From NCBI GenBank assembly GCA_041600715.1, contig JBFIJM010000001.1, positions 609,701 through 673,700 of the forward strand: a stretch of DNA of 64,000 nt, written 5' to 3'. Each line of letters begins with the position of its first letter. Position 1 is the first letter of the stretch. Positions 1-9,450 of this stretch are shown piece after piece. The stretch comes from Candidatus Saccharimonadales bacterium. Its GTDB lineage: Bacteria; Patescibacteriota; Saccharimonadia; Saccharimonadales; 2-12-FULL-41-12. The notes under the pieces were generated by a model. The model saw only the letters and a program-made list of their open reading frames with translations. It was not told the origin of the DNA and did not search any database. A program made the translations under genes and the position numbers.

Positions 1-115
1 AGGGTACTGCTCAGAATAGAAAGTTTTCATGGCATAAGGCCACCAAAGAACTTCATACTCTACTTATTAGCAAACGCCAATAATCGAGTCAGACCATAAC
101 TGATATAATTTATAT

Positions 116-1054
116 ATGCACACCGTACTGGTAACTGGAATTAATGGCTTTGTTGGAAAACATCTTACTAGAGAGCTGGTGTCACGAGACATCAAAGTTA
201 TTGGCGTAGGGCATCGGGAAAATACAGCCGATGCTGAAATTGCAGATCTACTGAATTGCTATTATCAATGTGATGTTACCGACAGCGCATCAACAAGCAA
301 ACTGCCACTAAGTCTAGTTGACTGCATTATAAACCTTGCTGGTCTAGCTAATGTTGGTGCGTCGTTCGATAACCCTGATTTATATATGAAAATTAATGTA
401 AAAGTACTTTCAGTACTAGGCGATGAGTTACTCACGGCAAACCCTAGCGCCCGGATGATTGCAGTAAGCACGGGGGCGCTATATGACCCTAATCAGTCTA
501 TGCCACTAAGCGAACAGTCTAGAGTAATTAAGGACGGCTCTCCATATGCATTGAGTAAACTTGCTATGGAACAAGCCGCAAAGGAGCTAAGAGACAGAGG
601 ACTAGATTGCATTGTAGTTCGACCTTTTAATCATATTGGCCCCGGGCAAGGAACCGGATTCTTACTTCCTGACCTTACCAGGCAACTATTAGAAACCAAT
701 CGGGAAAACCCGTCCGTAAGCGCTGGCAACCTAAAGACTATCCGTGACTACACTGATGTAAGAGATATCGCACGGGCATATGCCGACTTGGCCATAATCG
801 ACTCACTAGAGAACCATCTATATAACGTTTGTTCTGGCAGGGGCCACTCTGGAAATGATATGGTAAAAGATCTATGCGAAGAACTTGAGATAGACAGTAA
901 TAAACTAGTCATTAATGTAAACGACAAGCTCATTAGACCAACTGACCCACCTAGAATAGTAGGTGATAATTCTCTCCTCAGCACCGACACTGGGTGGTTG
1001 CCTAAAATTTCTCTGGATAAAACTATAAAAGATATTATTACGTCAAAAAAATAG
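116..1054 (+). CDS. rmd: NAD-dependent sugar-nucleotide reductase, GDP-6-deoxy-D-mannose reductase-like (Rmd type)
   Basis: 312 aa. Rossmann motif VTGINGFVGKHL, catalytic YxxxK (YALSK), and RPFNHIGPGQ and YNVCSG motifs typical of Rmd-type reductases. Convergent with gmd. Confidence 0.7.
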   Translation: MHTVLVTGINGFVGKHLTRELVSRDIKVIGVGHRENTADAEIADLLNCYYQCDVTDSASTSKLPLSLVDCIINLAGLANVGASFDNPDLYMKINVKVLSVLGDELLTANPSARMIAVSTGALYDPNQSMPLSEQSRVIKDGSPYALSKLAMEQAAKELRDRGLDCIVVRPFNHIGPGQGTGFLLPDLTRQLLETNRENPSVSAGNLKTIRDYTDVRDIARAYADLAIIDSLENHLYNVCSGRGHSGNDMVKDLCEELEIDSNKLVINVNDKLIRPTDPPRIVGDNSLLSTDTGWLPKISLDKTIKDIITSKK

Positions 1055-1093
1055 ACAGATCTTCTGGTGTCTATTTTTAGAGGCTGACTTATT

Positions 1094-2131
1094 CTAAGCT
1101 TCTAGTTTGAGGTCGTGTTCTACCATGAGCGTAACTAGCCCTGGGAAGTCGACTTTGCGCTCCCAGCCAAGCTTTTGCTCAGCTTTGCCAGGGTTACCGA
1201 GAAGTATGTCTACCTCTGCAGGCCGGAAGAAGTCTGGGTTAATCTTAATCAAAGGTTTGCCTGTTGCCTTGTCGACACCAACCTCATCAATACTTGCACC
1301 TTGCCATTCGATCTCTACATCAACTGCTTTAAAGGCCAGTTCTACAAACTCACGAATCGTATGTGTCTCACCAGATGCAAGTACATAGTCATCTGGTTGA
1401 TCTTGTTGCAACATTCGCCACATTCCTTCTACGTAATCACCAGCATATCCCCAGTCTCGTTTAGCATCCAGGTTACCTAGCTCGAGTATATCTTGCTTAC
1501 CGTGCTTGATGCGTGCTACAGCAATACTAATCTTACGGGTTACAAATTCTGGACCGCGACGCTCACCTTCATGGTTAAACAAGATACCGCAACTAGCGTG
1601 CATCCCATAACTTTCACGGTAGTTCTTTGTTATCCAGTGGCCGTACAGTTTTGCAACCCCATACGGACTACGAGGATGGAAAGCTGCTTCTTCGTCGTAA
1701 CCCTCGCCTGGTCTGTTGTAGTCTAAGCCACCAAACATTTCTGAAGTTGATGCTTGATAAAAACGAGTAGTTTTCTCGAGCCCTGCAAGACGTATGGCCT
1801 CTAAGCAGTTAAGTACACCTCCGCCAGTGAGGTTGAGCGTCAGCACAGGATCGCGGAACGAATAGCCAACATGACTTATGCCAGCAAGGTTGTATACCTC
1901 CTCTGGCTTGATGTCCTGCATCGCACGAGTTAGCGCTGACAGATCGAGATTATCTGCCATAACAAGATTAACGTAGGGGAACTCAGCTTTGACCTTCTGG
2001 TAACGAGGATGACTAGCTTCCATTTGACCACGAATAGTAGCATAAACCTCGTAGCCTTTTTCATGAAGAAGTTTAGCTAAGTGGCCAGCATCTTGACCAT
2101 TAATTCCTGTAATAAGCGCTCTTTTCGCCAT
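1094..2131 (-). CDS. gmd: GDP-mannose 4,6-dehydratase
   Basis: 345 aa. ALITGINGQDAGHLAKLL N-terminus, SPYGVAKLY catalytic Y/K, and full-length Gmd-like sequence (ASTSEMFG, LFNHEGERRG). Confidence 0.93.
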   Translation of the reverse strand: MAKRALITGINGQDAGHLAKLLHEKGYEVYATIRGQMEASHPRYQKVKAEFPYVNLVMADNLDLSALTRAMQDIKPEEVYNLAGISHVGYSFRDPVLTLNLTGGGVLNCLEAIRLAGLEKTTRFYQASTSEMFGGLDYNRPGEGYDEEAAFHPRSPYGVAKLYGHWITKNYRESYGMHASCGILFNHEGERRGPEFVTRKISIAVARIKHGKQDILELGNLDAKRDWGYAGDYVEGMWRMLQQDQPDDYVLASGETHTIREFVELAFKAVDVEIEWQGASIDEVGVDKATGKPLIKINPDFFRPAEVDILLGNPGKAEQKLGWERKVDFPGLVTLMVEHDLKLEA

Positions 2132-2231
2132 TTAGGTGAAGTCCTCTCTATTAGTCTGTGTGTGTTAGTCAATTATAACAGATTAAACTACTTAAAAAGA
2201 CCTAGATTTATAAGCCGGTAATAGTCGTTAA

Positions 2232-3539
2232 TTATTCTCTTAGAAATAGGCCGGCGAGCAGGAACCATGATATGGCTACGGCTTCGTTGGCCCAGGTGTG
2301 GAATAGCAGGTTGGCGAATACCAGGCCGGCGAAACTGGCCAGAAGCGCCTGAGCAAACGGGTCTTTGCGCAGTTGCCAAAGTTTGGACACGATCAAGTAC
2401 AGTAAGCTCAAGAAAACTAACAAGCCAAAGACACCTACCTCGTAGGCGATTTGCAAGAAGTAATTCTCTGTCAGGATGCCGTTAGGTATACGCGTAGACG
2501 GCAGACCGGCTGTGCCGGGACCGTTGCCCAACGGCTCGTCTATCACCCCGTTTACTCCGCGCTGGAACAGATCAACGCGTAATTCATTAGGGTCTGCGAG
2601 CTCCGTGCTTTCATCTGCATGAAACACTAAGTTTGATACCAAATAATTGTCCCCTAGCATGAAGACAGTACCGAACAACACCAAAAGTAACGCTGTGCCG
2701 GCTAGCAACAATCTAGACGCGTGCTTCCGGATAAGTACACGGTTTTGGAGCGCAAACAACACCGTAATAGCTAATATAGTTGCTAGTAGTGTGCTCCGGG
2801 AAAACGTCAGGAACAATGCTAGTAGGTGCAGTAATAATAGGCCTGATAAGAACATCCGGCGCTCGGTCTTCCAGCCTGCTACAAGTCGCTGCGCTAGTAG
2901 CACTATTGGTAGTAGTAAGAATGCGCCGAGGGAGTTAGGGTCGCGTAAGGTAGAAAATACTCTGGGCAGGTCTGGCTTGTCGTCTATAAAGAAGTTGGGC
3001 TTTACGCCGCGCTCTATGCTGTAGCCAAAGTTAGTCATTATATCCTTAGGCAAGACCCACTGTGCGAGTGCTACCAAGCAAACAATGGTGCTTAGGAGTA
3101 TAAGCAGGCGTAGATACAGCCGCGGCAAACCAGCCTTTGGCAACAATAAGACTAAACTGAAGCCAACAATCACATATGCAAATACACGTAAGTTATAAAT
3201 AAACGCCAAAATCTCAGCGTCTGGCAACGTGTCCTTAAGTAGCAATAACGCAATGTGCAACAACGCATACACAGCCACGCCACAAAGCAGTAACAGATAC
3301 GTACGAGTCTGCTTCCCAGCCCAAAATACAGTCGCTATACAAAGTATAGTGACTAAAACGGTAATGCCATCTTTGGCTAGTTTCCAGACTTCCAGTCCGC
3401 CGGTATACGTACTTAGCCATTGACTCAACAAAATATGAAACGGCATGTACGCAAACAAAGCGAGTGTTAACTTCTGTAATAGACTCGGAATTAACAGTTG
3501 AACAGTAGATAGCTTCTTCACTTCCCTATATTGTAGCAA
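2232..3539 (-). CDS. O-antigen ligase/polymerase-like polytopic membrane protein (Wzy_C-type)
   Basis: 435 aa with about 10-12 hydrophobic helices. A TFSRSTLLA segment and a large loop follow the pattern of O-antigen ligase domains. Sits in a glycan gene context. Confidence 0.55.
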   Translation of the reverse strand: MLQYREVKKLSTVQLLIPSLLQKLTLALFAYMPFHILLSQWLSTYTGGLEVWKLAKDGITVLVTILCIATVFWAGKQTRTYLLLLCGVAVYALLHIALLLLKDTLPDAEILAFIYNLRVFAYVIVGFSLVLLLPKAGLPRLYLRLLILLSTIVCLVALAQWVLPKDIMTNFGYSIERGVKPNFFIDDKPDLPRVFSTLRDPNSLGAFLLLPIVLLAQRLVAGWKTERRMFLSGLLLLHLLALFLTFSRSTLLATILAITVLFALQNRVLIRKHASRLLLAGTALLLVLFGTVFMLGDNYLVSNLVFHADESTELADPNELRVDLFQRGVNGVIDEPLGNGPGTAGLPSTRIPNGILTENYFLQIAYEVGVFGLLVFLSLLYLIVSKLWQLRKDPFAQALLASFAGLVFANLLFHTWANEAVAISWFLLAGLFLRE

Positions 3540-3610
3540 CTTCTCTTTAGTTATAGCCCTATGTTAAGTACTAGTTTGCGAGGCCGGTAATTAAAACTAT
3601 ACTGTTACAC

Positions 3611-4708
3611 ATGAGCAAACATATCGTTATTGATGCGCGCAGTCGCCCTTCTAGTACAGGACGTTATGTTGACCGCTTGCTCCAGCATTTGCAGACGCTA
3701 GATACAGAGAATACATACACCGTTTTACTTCGACCAAAGGACGAATGGCAATCAACAGCAAAGAACTTTTCGACCGCAGTATGTCCGTACAAGCAGTTTT
3801 CATTTAATCCACTAGATCAGATTAAGTTTGCGCGGTTTCTAAAAGATCTACGTCCAGATCTAGTGCATTTTGCGATGACACCACAGGAACCACTGCTGTA
3901 CTTTGGCTCCCGGATCACCACGACACATGATCTCACAATGCTACGATATACCCGCGCTGGCAAACTTCCGATTGTACTGCATTGGGTGCGTATGGCTGGA
4001 TACCGCATGTTGTTTTGGAGCGCGCATCGCAAGGCCAAACACGTTATTGTACCAACAAAGTTTGTAGCTGATGATCTGCGAGCGCGATATGGATTTACTG
4101 CAGACAAAACAGTAGTAACCTATGAATCTAGCGAACCGCCGCTTGACGTAGAAGCTGAGCCAGTGAGCAGTGCTACAAAACCTTTTATTATGCACGTGGG
4201 GAGCCCATTTCCTCATAAGAACTTAGAGCATTTAATAGAAGCATTCGAGATAGTTCTACAACATAAACCAGAGCTCCAGCTAGTGTTGGCAGGCAAGAGA
4301 GAGTATTACTTTGAGCAACTAGAAGACTGGGCACGAGAGCGACAATCTTATAAAAACATCCTCTTCACTGGCTTTGTGAGTGATGCTGAGCTCAAATGGT
4401 TGTACCAAAGCGCCGAATGTTATGCCTTGCCCTCATTAAGTGAGGGGTTTGGGCTACCTGGTTTAGAAGCGATGGCTCACGGATGTCCGGTAGTTAGTAG
4501 TGATGCGACTTGTCTTCCAGAAGTTTACGGGGATGCAGCGCATTATTTTGACCCAACTAACGTGCAAGACATGGCAAGAGCGATAGAAGATGTCATAAAC
4601 TCGGAAAGTCTGCAGAAACACCTTCGCTCAGCAGGTAAAAAACAACTCCAAAAATACAGCTGGAGCAAAATGGCCAAAGAAACACTCAAAATATATAACG
4701 AAACCTAG
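3611..4708 (+). CDS. Glycosyltransferase family 4 (GT-B fold)
   Basis: 365 aa. C-terminal EGFGLPGLEAMAHGCPVVSS motif (E-x7-E type) typical of GT4/GT1 enzymes. Confidence 0.85.
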   Translation: MSKHIVIDARSRPSSTGRYVDRLLQHLQTLDTENTYTVLLRPKDEWQSTAKNFSTAVCPYKQFSFNPLDQIKFARFLKDLRPDLVHFAMTPQEPLLYFGSRITTTHDLTMLRYTRAGKLPIVLHWVRMAGYRMLFWSAHRKAKHVIVPTKFVADDLRARYGFTADKTVVTYESSEPPLDVEAEPVSSATKPFIMHVGSPFPHKNLEHLIEAFEIVLQHKPELQLVLAGKREYYFEQLEDWARERQSYKNILFTGFVSDAELKWLYQSAECYALPSLSEGFGLPGLEAMAHGCPVVSSDATCLPEVYGDAAHYFDPTNVQDMARAIEDVINSESLQKHLRSAGKKQLQKYSWSKMAKETLKIYNET

Positions 4709-5199
4709 TCCCTGTGAGGGTAGAAAGCTTTTTTAGATTCATTTGCACAAAATAATTCAAATCTAGGAGAATAAAATAATCTACATTCTAGGCCTATATT
4801 CTTATTTTCAAAGTCTATAATATTATCTTTTGTTGAAATGTTATCCTGTGCAACAAAGCCACTACTCTGTAACAGCTCGATTATCTCATTTATCTCGGAA
4901 TCAAGACTATCATCTTGAACGAGCCTAATCGCGCACTCCAAAGGCCCGTCTGAGAATTTACCCGCGTTTCTATAACACTCCTTCTCTATTGTAAGTTCTG
5001 CATCCTTTTGCGTGTTAAGTAGGTTTTGGACTTCTTTAAGTCTCTGCTCAACATCATAGAACTTATTTTCCAAAGACGACTGATTGTAATACTGAATGAA
5101 GAAAAATAAAACGATAGCTACTGTAGAAGCAAAAATTATAAATAATATGTTATTTTTTTGCCAACTTTTGGCTTGTTTAACTTTTTTCGATTTAGGCAT
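4705..5199 (-). CDS. Hypothetical N-terminally membrane-anchored protein
   Basis: 164 aa. Lys-rich N-terminus followed by one TM helix (ILFIIFASTVAIVLFFFI). Its stop overlaps the stop of the convergent GT4 gene. Confidence 0.4.
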   Translation of the reverse strand: MPKSKKVKQAKSWQKNNILFIIFASTVAIVLFFFIQYYNQSSLENKFYDVEQRLKEVQNLLNTQKDAELTIEKECYRNAGKFSDGPLECAIRLVQDDSLDSEINEIIELLQSSGFVAQDNISTKDNIIDFENKNIGLECRLFYSPRFELFCANESKKAFYPHRD

Positions 5200-5301
5200 A
5201 ACTACTATAGATTGTAGCCGATGTAAAAGGTTTTACAAAAATCTGGCGAGAGAAGGACTGGTAAGCTACACTATACATAACACTTTGAGGAGTAAAGTCA
5301 G

Positions 5302-8235
5302 GTGGAGTCCTTACGAAAGTACGCGTTTTGGGTTGGGATTATCGTTTCTCAGACTGCTCTAATATGCATTCTTCTCTCCTCTACTAAAGGTTTAGCGATA
5401 GAAAACGGCTGGACAAGCTCAAATCAGTTGTATGTAAAGATTGGGGCTCCTTTTACAGGCTCAAGCCTACACAAAAACGTCCCATGTATGGATACCACAT
5501 TCCATTTACTTGAGTTTAAAGGTACGGACTACACCCCGACAAAAGTTCCTAAGGACGTTTGTGCTGTTAAGGGAGGTATTGCCCAGATTGGAGCAGGCTA
5601 CATCAGGCCCGTGGGCGGTGTTTATGGATACAAAATAGATAGCATAGGTAATGGAAGCTCGTTCACAACAGCGCCAAATGCTCAAAACTTTATAAGATTC
5701 AATAACGTAGCCGGAAGTGATATTAGCAAAAACATCTACGTGCACAAAAATATACGTTCTGCGGGGGATTTTGTGAACATTAATTCAAACCTATATAAAG
5801 GAGTTGTGTATCAGTACCGTAACAATGATAATGTAAGCCCATTAAAGTTATCTGACGGTACGCCTATAGGAATTAAGGAGTATTCATTCTCTAACAATGG
5901 AAAATGGATGGTTGCCGAATGGGTACGGGAAGGACTTGTCCGGATAGAGCTAGAAACTGGAGAGATGACATTATTTAGCCACCGCTCGTTCACCTACAAC
6001 TACGGGATAACTGAGGCGATGAGCCTAGCTATCTCGAATGATGGTAATACTGTAATTAGCTCATCAATCGGCGGACTAGGCTCGTCGCCTATCTATGCTT
6101 ATGATCTTTCGGGGTGTGAAGCAGGCAGGCCATTTAAGACATTTAGTAAAAATATTACAGGATGCAAGGAGAAGATTGTTACAGATACAGTCAAAACCTC
6201 TGTGCCTGGAAGCTATGTGTCATTGACTACGATGCAATTTAGTAATGACGGTCGCAGGGTTGATGGTGTTTTAAGGACCCAAGAAGCAGGTACGATAAAT
6301 CCTTACCGAGCTACACTGTCTCTCGACACAATCGATGACGAACAGAAAGGCTATATAGCATTAGGTGACTCTTTTGCTAGTGGCGAGGGCGATATGGACG
6401 ATAGCTGGTATGAGGAAGGAACGAACACTAAAGGTCAAAACCTTTGTCATTTAAGTAAGCGTAGCTACCCCTACTTAATCAGGGAGCACCTGGAGTTAAA
6501 TAATTTCAACAGTTTCGCCTGTTCGGGCGCTAAACAACACCATTTATTAAACGTTTCTCAGTACTCAAACTCCTCTGATGAAACTTTTCTTAAAAACTTG
6601 ATACCAGGCCTGCAGGCTCAATTGTTATTAGTAAAAGACGCGGGTTTTAATCCTGATTTTATAACTATCTCCATCGGCGGTAACGATCTGGGGTTTAGTG
6701 AGAAGTTAAAGGAGTGCATCTTTACTATTGAAACATGTCATTATGCAAATAACCCCGACTCTAAGAAGAAAGTGGCTATGGAAATAGCATCCCAGCTTAT
6801 GCCACTACGTGATACCTACTCAAATATTATCGAAAAAACAGATGGACGTACAAAGATATATGTCATTGGTTATCCTCAATTCATAGACCATGCGGACACC
6901 TCAAGATGTGGAGTTAATGTTCGATTGGACGCTGAAGAAAGAAGATTCATTCACGAATCGGTTCAATATGCTAATGATGTAATAGAAGAGGCATCTAAAT
7001 CAGCTGGGGTGTATTACGTAGATATCGAAAACACCTTAGCGGGTCGTAACCTATGTACAGACACGCCAAAAGACGCCATGACGGTTAATGGGTTAACCAG
7101 GGGTGATGATGTTTCAATCCCTTGGTATGTGATTGCGGGCGCTAATGCAGTCCTGCCGAGCAAGATGGTAATTAAAGGTGATGTTGGTATAGGAAACGAG
7201 AGTTATCACCCAAACCAGAACGGCCATGAGCTTATGAAACAAGCCATACTTTCTGAACTAGACGGAGACCCGGTAAATTATCCTGTTTGTGCAGATGTAT
7301 CTAAAAAAGTCTGTGGCTTTCTAAAACCTGTATATCCGAGTCCAGGTGCGTATTTTACAAGGGCTGCATCTGACTACATAAGTACCCTGAACGGCTTCGC
7401 GCCTTTGAGGCTAGAGTCGGTTCCAAGAAAAGAGGAGTTCCTTCGACAAACTTCTAAACCAAACAGTCTTTATCTGGATTTAACCAGGCTTTCTAGCAGT
7501 AGTACTGTTACAGCAGAAATCCACTCCACGCCTACACCATTAGGCGAATTTACGACCGATGCTAATGGCGAACTTACGCAAGAGATCACAATACCCGATA
7601 CGGTCGCGCCTGGCTACCACACGGTCCATGTATACGGAACTAACCTATCCAACGAACCGATACATTACTACGAGAGCATTTATCTGACAGGAGAAGAAGG
7701 CGATCTTAATGGCAATAGCATACCAGACGATCAAGAAGATTGCGGTTTTGTGCCCGACAGTGAGATCGACTATGACCGAGACGGAATAGACGACGCTTGT
7801 GATAGTTTAATTTCAGAACCTCCTGATGAGCCAGAAGAGGTTGAAAGCGAAGAGACTCCCCAGCCTCCGAGCGTGGTCAATGAAGATAAAAAATCACAGT
7901 CATATGGTGAAACAGTAGCCGGAAATGAAGAAATTTCACCTATAACTACGCCTGCGGTTGCAGTAACTAGCACTAATACGCCCACTCGCACTATAAGAAC
8001 AGCGGGCGAGGATTCGTCATCTCCAGAAATAGTACCGCCCACTACCCCACCCCATGAACCAGCTAGGGTTCTGGGATCTGACGCAAACAATGGCGTGACT
8101 AGCTCGGTAGCTACCACAGCAGGAATCAAGTCAGTTAGATCTAAATCTGGCGCGTTGTATACAGTAGGGACTCTCGTGATTCTTGGGTTTGGTTTTGTTT
8201 TCTGGCGTAGCTATCAGATTAAGCGCAGTATATAA
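5302..8235 (+). CDS. Large surface protein: signal/TM, beta-propeller-like region, SGNH/GDSL hydrolase, Ca-binding Asp repeats, Pro/Thr/Glu stalk and C-terminal TM anchor
   Basis: 977 aa with a GTG start preceded by GAGGAG. Repeated FSN(N/D)G / ISNDG motifs. SGNH blocks GDSFASGEG, ISIGGNDLGF and SYHPNQNGH. The Asp-rich segment DLNGNSIPDDQEDCGFVPDSEIDYDRDGIDDACD resembles TSP3-type repeats. C-terminal hydrophobic helix LVILGFGFVFW plus a basic tail. Confidence 0.7.
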   Translation: MESLRKYAFWVGIIVSQTALICILLSSTKGLAIENGWTSSNQLYVKIGAPFTGSSLHKNVPCMDTTFHLLEFKGTDYTPTKVPKDVCAVKGGIAQIGAGYIRPVGGVYGYKIDSIGNGSSFTTAPNAQNFIRFNNVAGSDISKNIYVHKNIRSAGDFVNINSNLYKGVVYQYRNNDNVSPLKLSDGTPIGIKEYSFSNNGKWMVAEWVREGLVRIELETGEMTLFSHRSFTYNYGITEAMSLAISNDGNTVISSSIGGLGSSPIYAYDLSGCEAGRPFKTFSKNITGCKEKIVTDTVKTSVPGSYVSLTTMQFSNDGRRVDGVLRTQEAGTINPYRATLSLDTIDDEQKGYIALGDSFASGEGDMDDSWYEEGTNTKGQNLCHLSKRSYPYLIREHLELNNFNSFACSGAKQHHLLNVSQYSNSSDETFLKNLIPGLQAQLLLVKDAGFNPDFITISIGGNDLGFSEKLKECIFTIETCHYANNPDSKKKVAMEIASQLMPLRDTYSNIIEKTDGRTKIYVIGYPQFIDHADTSRCGVNVRLDAEERRFIHESVQYANDVIEEASKSAGVYYVDIENTLAGRNLCTDTPKDAMTVNGLTRGDDVSIPWYVIAGANAVLPSKMVIKGDVGIGNESYHPNQNGHELMKQAILSELDGDPVNYPVCADVSKKVCGFLKPVYPSPGAYFTRAASDYISTLNGFAPLRLESVPRKEEFLRQTSKPNSLYLDLTRLSSSSTVTAEIHSTPTPLGEFTTDANGELTQEITIPDTVAPGYHTVHVYGTNLSNEPIHYYESIYLTGEEGDLNGNSIPDDQEDCGFVPDSEIDYDRDGIDDACDSLISEPPDEPEEVESEETPQPPSVVNEDKKSQSYGETVAGNEEISPITTPAVAVTSTNTPTRTIRTAGEDSSSPEIVPPTTPPHEPARVLGSDANNGVTSSVATTAGIKSVRSKSGALYTVGTLVILGFGFVFWRSYQIKRSI

Positions 8236-8245
8236 TAGCTCTATT

Positions 8246-8758
8246 ATGAGACGTCTGTTATTAATTCTTTGCGTTACTGCGGTGGGGACTCTCGGTTCTG
8301 CCGGTCATTCTAATGCGCAAAATCTTCAGGATGGACAAGCCAACCTCCAGCAACGCACTGGGCAAACACAAGATACCGGGCGTTTACAGAATCAAACGGC
8401 TCCTCTACAGACAAATAACAGTGGCGGTTTGCTTACCCAGACACAACCCGGTTCACTTAGCGTAGTATCGAGTCCAACCCAAGCAAAGCCTGACGTAACA
8501 GTAAACGCAAGCAAAGACACCACAAATACGCCTGGGCAAACTACCAAAACAAATCAAAGTACTTGGCGTATCCTAGCATTATTAAGTATTTTAGGGTTAG
8601 TCACCAGTCTCTATATATATTCACGCACGAATAATAAAAGATCGAATATACCTATTGAAGTTTCTATTGAAAAGACGTCAAAAGAAATTATCGAAAAGCC
8701 AAAACGTGTCAAGAAATCAAAGGCAAAAAAGAAAAAGAAGAAAGCACATCATCATTGA
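8246..8758 (+). CDS. Secreted/membrane-anchored low-complexity protein
   Basis: The start was moved to the internal Met, giving the signal peptide MRRLLLILCVTAVGTLGSAGHSNA. Q/T/N-rich middle region, C-terminal TM helix and a poly-Lys tail ending in HHH. Confidence 0.5.
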   Translation: MRRLLLILCVTAVGTLGSAGHSNAQNLQDGQANLQQRTGQTQDTGRLQNQTAPLQTNNSGGLLTQTQPGSLSVVSSPTQAKPDVTVNASKDTTNTPGQTTKTNQSTWRILALLSILGLVTSLYIYSRTNNKRSNIPIEVSIEKTSKEIIEKPKRVKKSKAKKKKKKAHHH

Positions 8759-8760
8759 GT

Positions 8761-8808
8761 AGGAATTAGGAATTAGTAATTAGGTGGTAGGTAGTAGTTA
8801 GTAGTTAG
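8761..8808. repeat. TAG/GGAATTAG-unit dispersed repeat copy in a convergent intergenic region
   Basis: Sequence AGGAATTAGGAATTAGTAATTAGGTGGTAGGTAGTAGTTAGTAGTTAG. Shares the GGAATTAGTAATTAGG units with the copies at 14.05, 14.48, 22.6, 24.6 and 48.1 kb. Has stop codons in all three plus-strand frames. Confidence 0.7.
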
Positions 8809-8815
8809 CGGGGGG

Positions 8816-9283
8816 TTATTCTTGGGTGGCTTCGGCTGGCTTCAACACAATATGTCGATCACGACCTTCGCCAACAGACTCGGTTAATATGCCGTGGTCG
8901 CTTGCTGTTTTGTGCACCGTGCGACGATCTGCGGCATTCATAGGCTCTAATTCCTTCGATTCTCCTGATTGTTTAACTTCTTGCACCCATTTCTCAACCT
9001 GCTCAGCAAGTCTTGTAGCTCGCTGAGCCTTATACTCTGCGACATCAACATTCACTCGTGTAATCTCATATCCATTACTCTTTAGTGCGCTACTAACCAA
9101 GAACTGCATAGCGTGCATTGTCTCACCCCTCTGACCAATAAGAAAGCCGTTAAGATGAGTAGAAGGAATATTAAGTTCAATGACCTCATCCTCGCTGTTT
9201 GACGCCCTTACATCTGTGTTCAGGCCAAAGAAAGACAGCATATCCTCGAGGTATTTTTTAGCATAAATAATAGACTCTTCCAT
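8816..9283 (-). CDS. jag: Jag/KhpB-type RNA-binding protein (KH + R3H domains)
   Basis: 155 aa. KH-like segment GFLIGQRGETMHAMQFL and R3H segment ADRRTVHKTASDHGILTESVGEG. Conserved position downstream of yidC. Confidence 0.85.
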   Translation of the reverse strand: MEESIIYAKKYLEDMLSFFGLNTDVRASNSEDEVIELNIPSTHLNGFLIGQRGETMHAMQFLVSSALKSNGYEITRVNVDVAEYKAQRATRLAEQVEKWVQEVKQSGESKELEPMNAADRRTVHKTASDHGILTESVGEGRDRHIVLKPAEATQE

Positions 9284-9450
9284 TAGTACATCCTAAACCT
9301 TTCCTCTATAACTACATACAAAAACCTCTTGCTGTAGCATTGTTTTGACTCGGCAACGTATCGCAGAGGATGCGCCTTCTCGCCTCAAACAATCCTTCGC
9401 TGACGCGTTTTTCGTTCTTGTTCCTTTAGATGAAAAATCAAGCATGCTCA

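Noticed and set aside
1-30. Possible start of a minus-strand gene at the window edge (ATGAAAACTTTC... on the reverse strand)
   Set aside because: Only 10 codons are visible, which is not enough evidence to call a feature.
9284-9450. 167-nt jag-yidC spacer containing a possible 52-aa ORF (MLDFSSKGTRTKN...), checked as a yidD candidate
   Set aside because: The sequence does not resemble YidD (it lacks the conserved Cys/Pro pattern) and has no convincing RBS. Left as intergenic.
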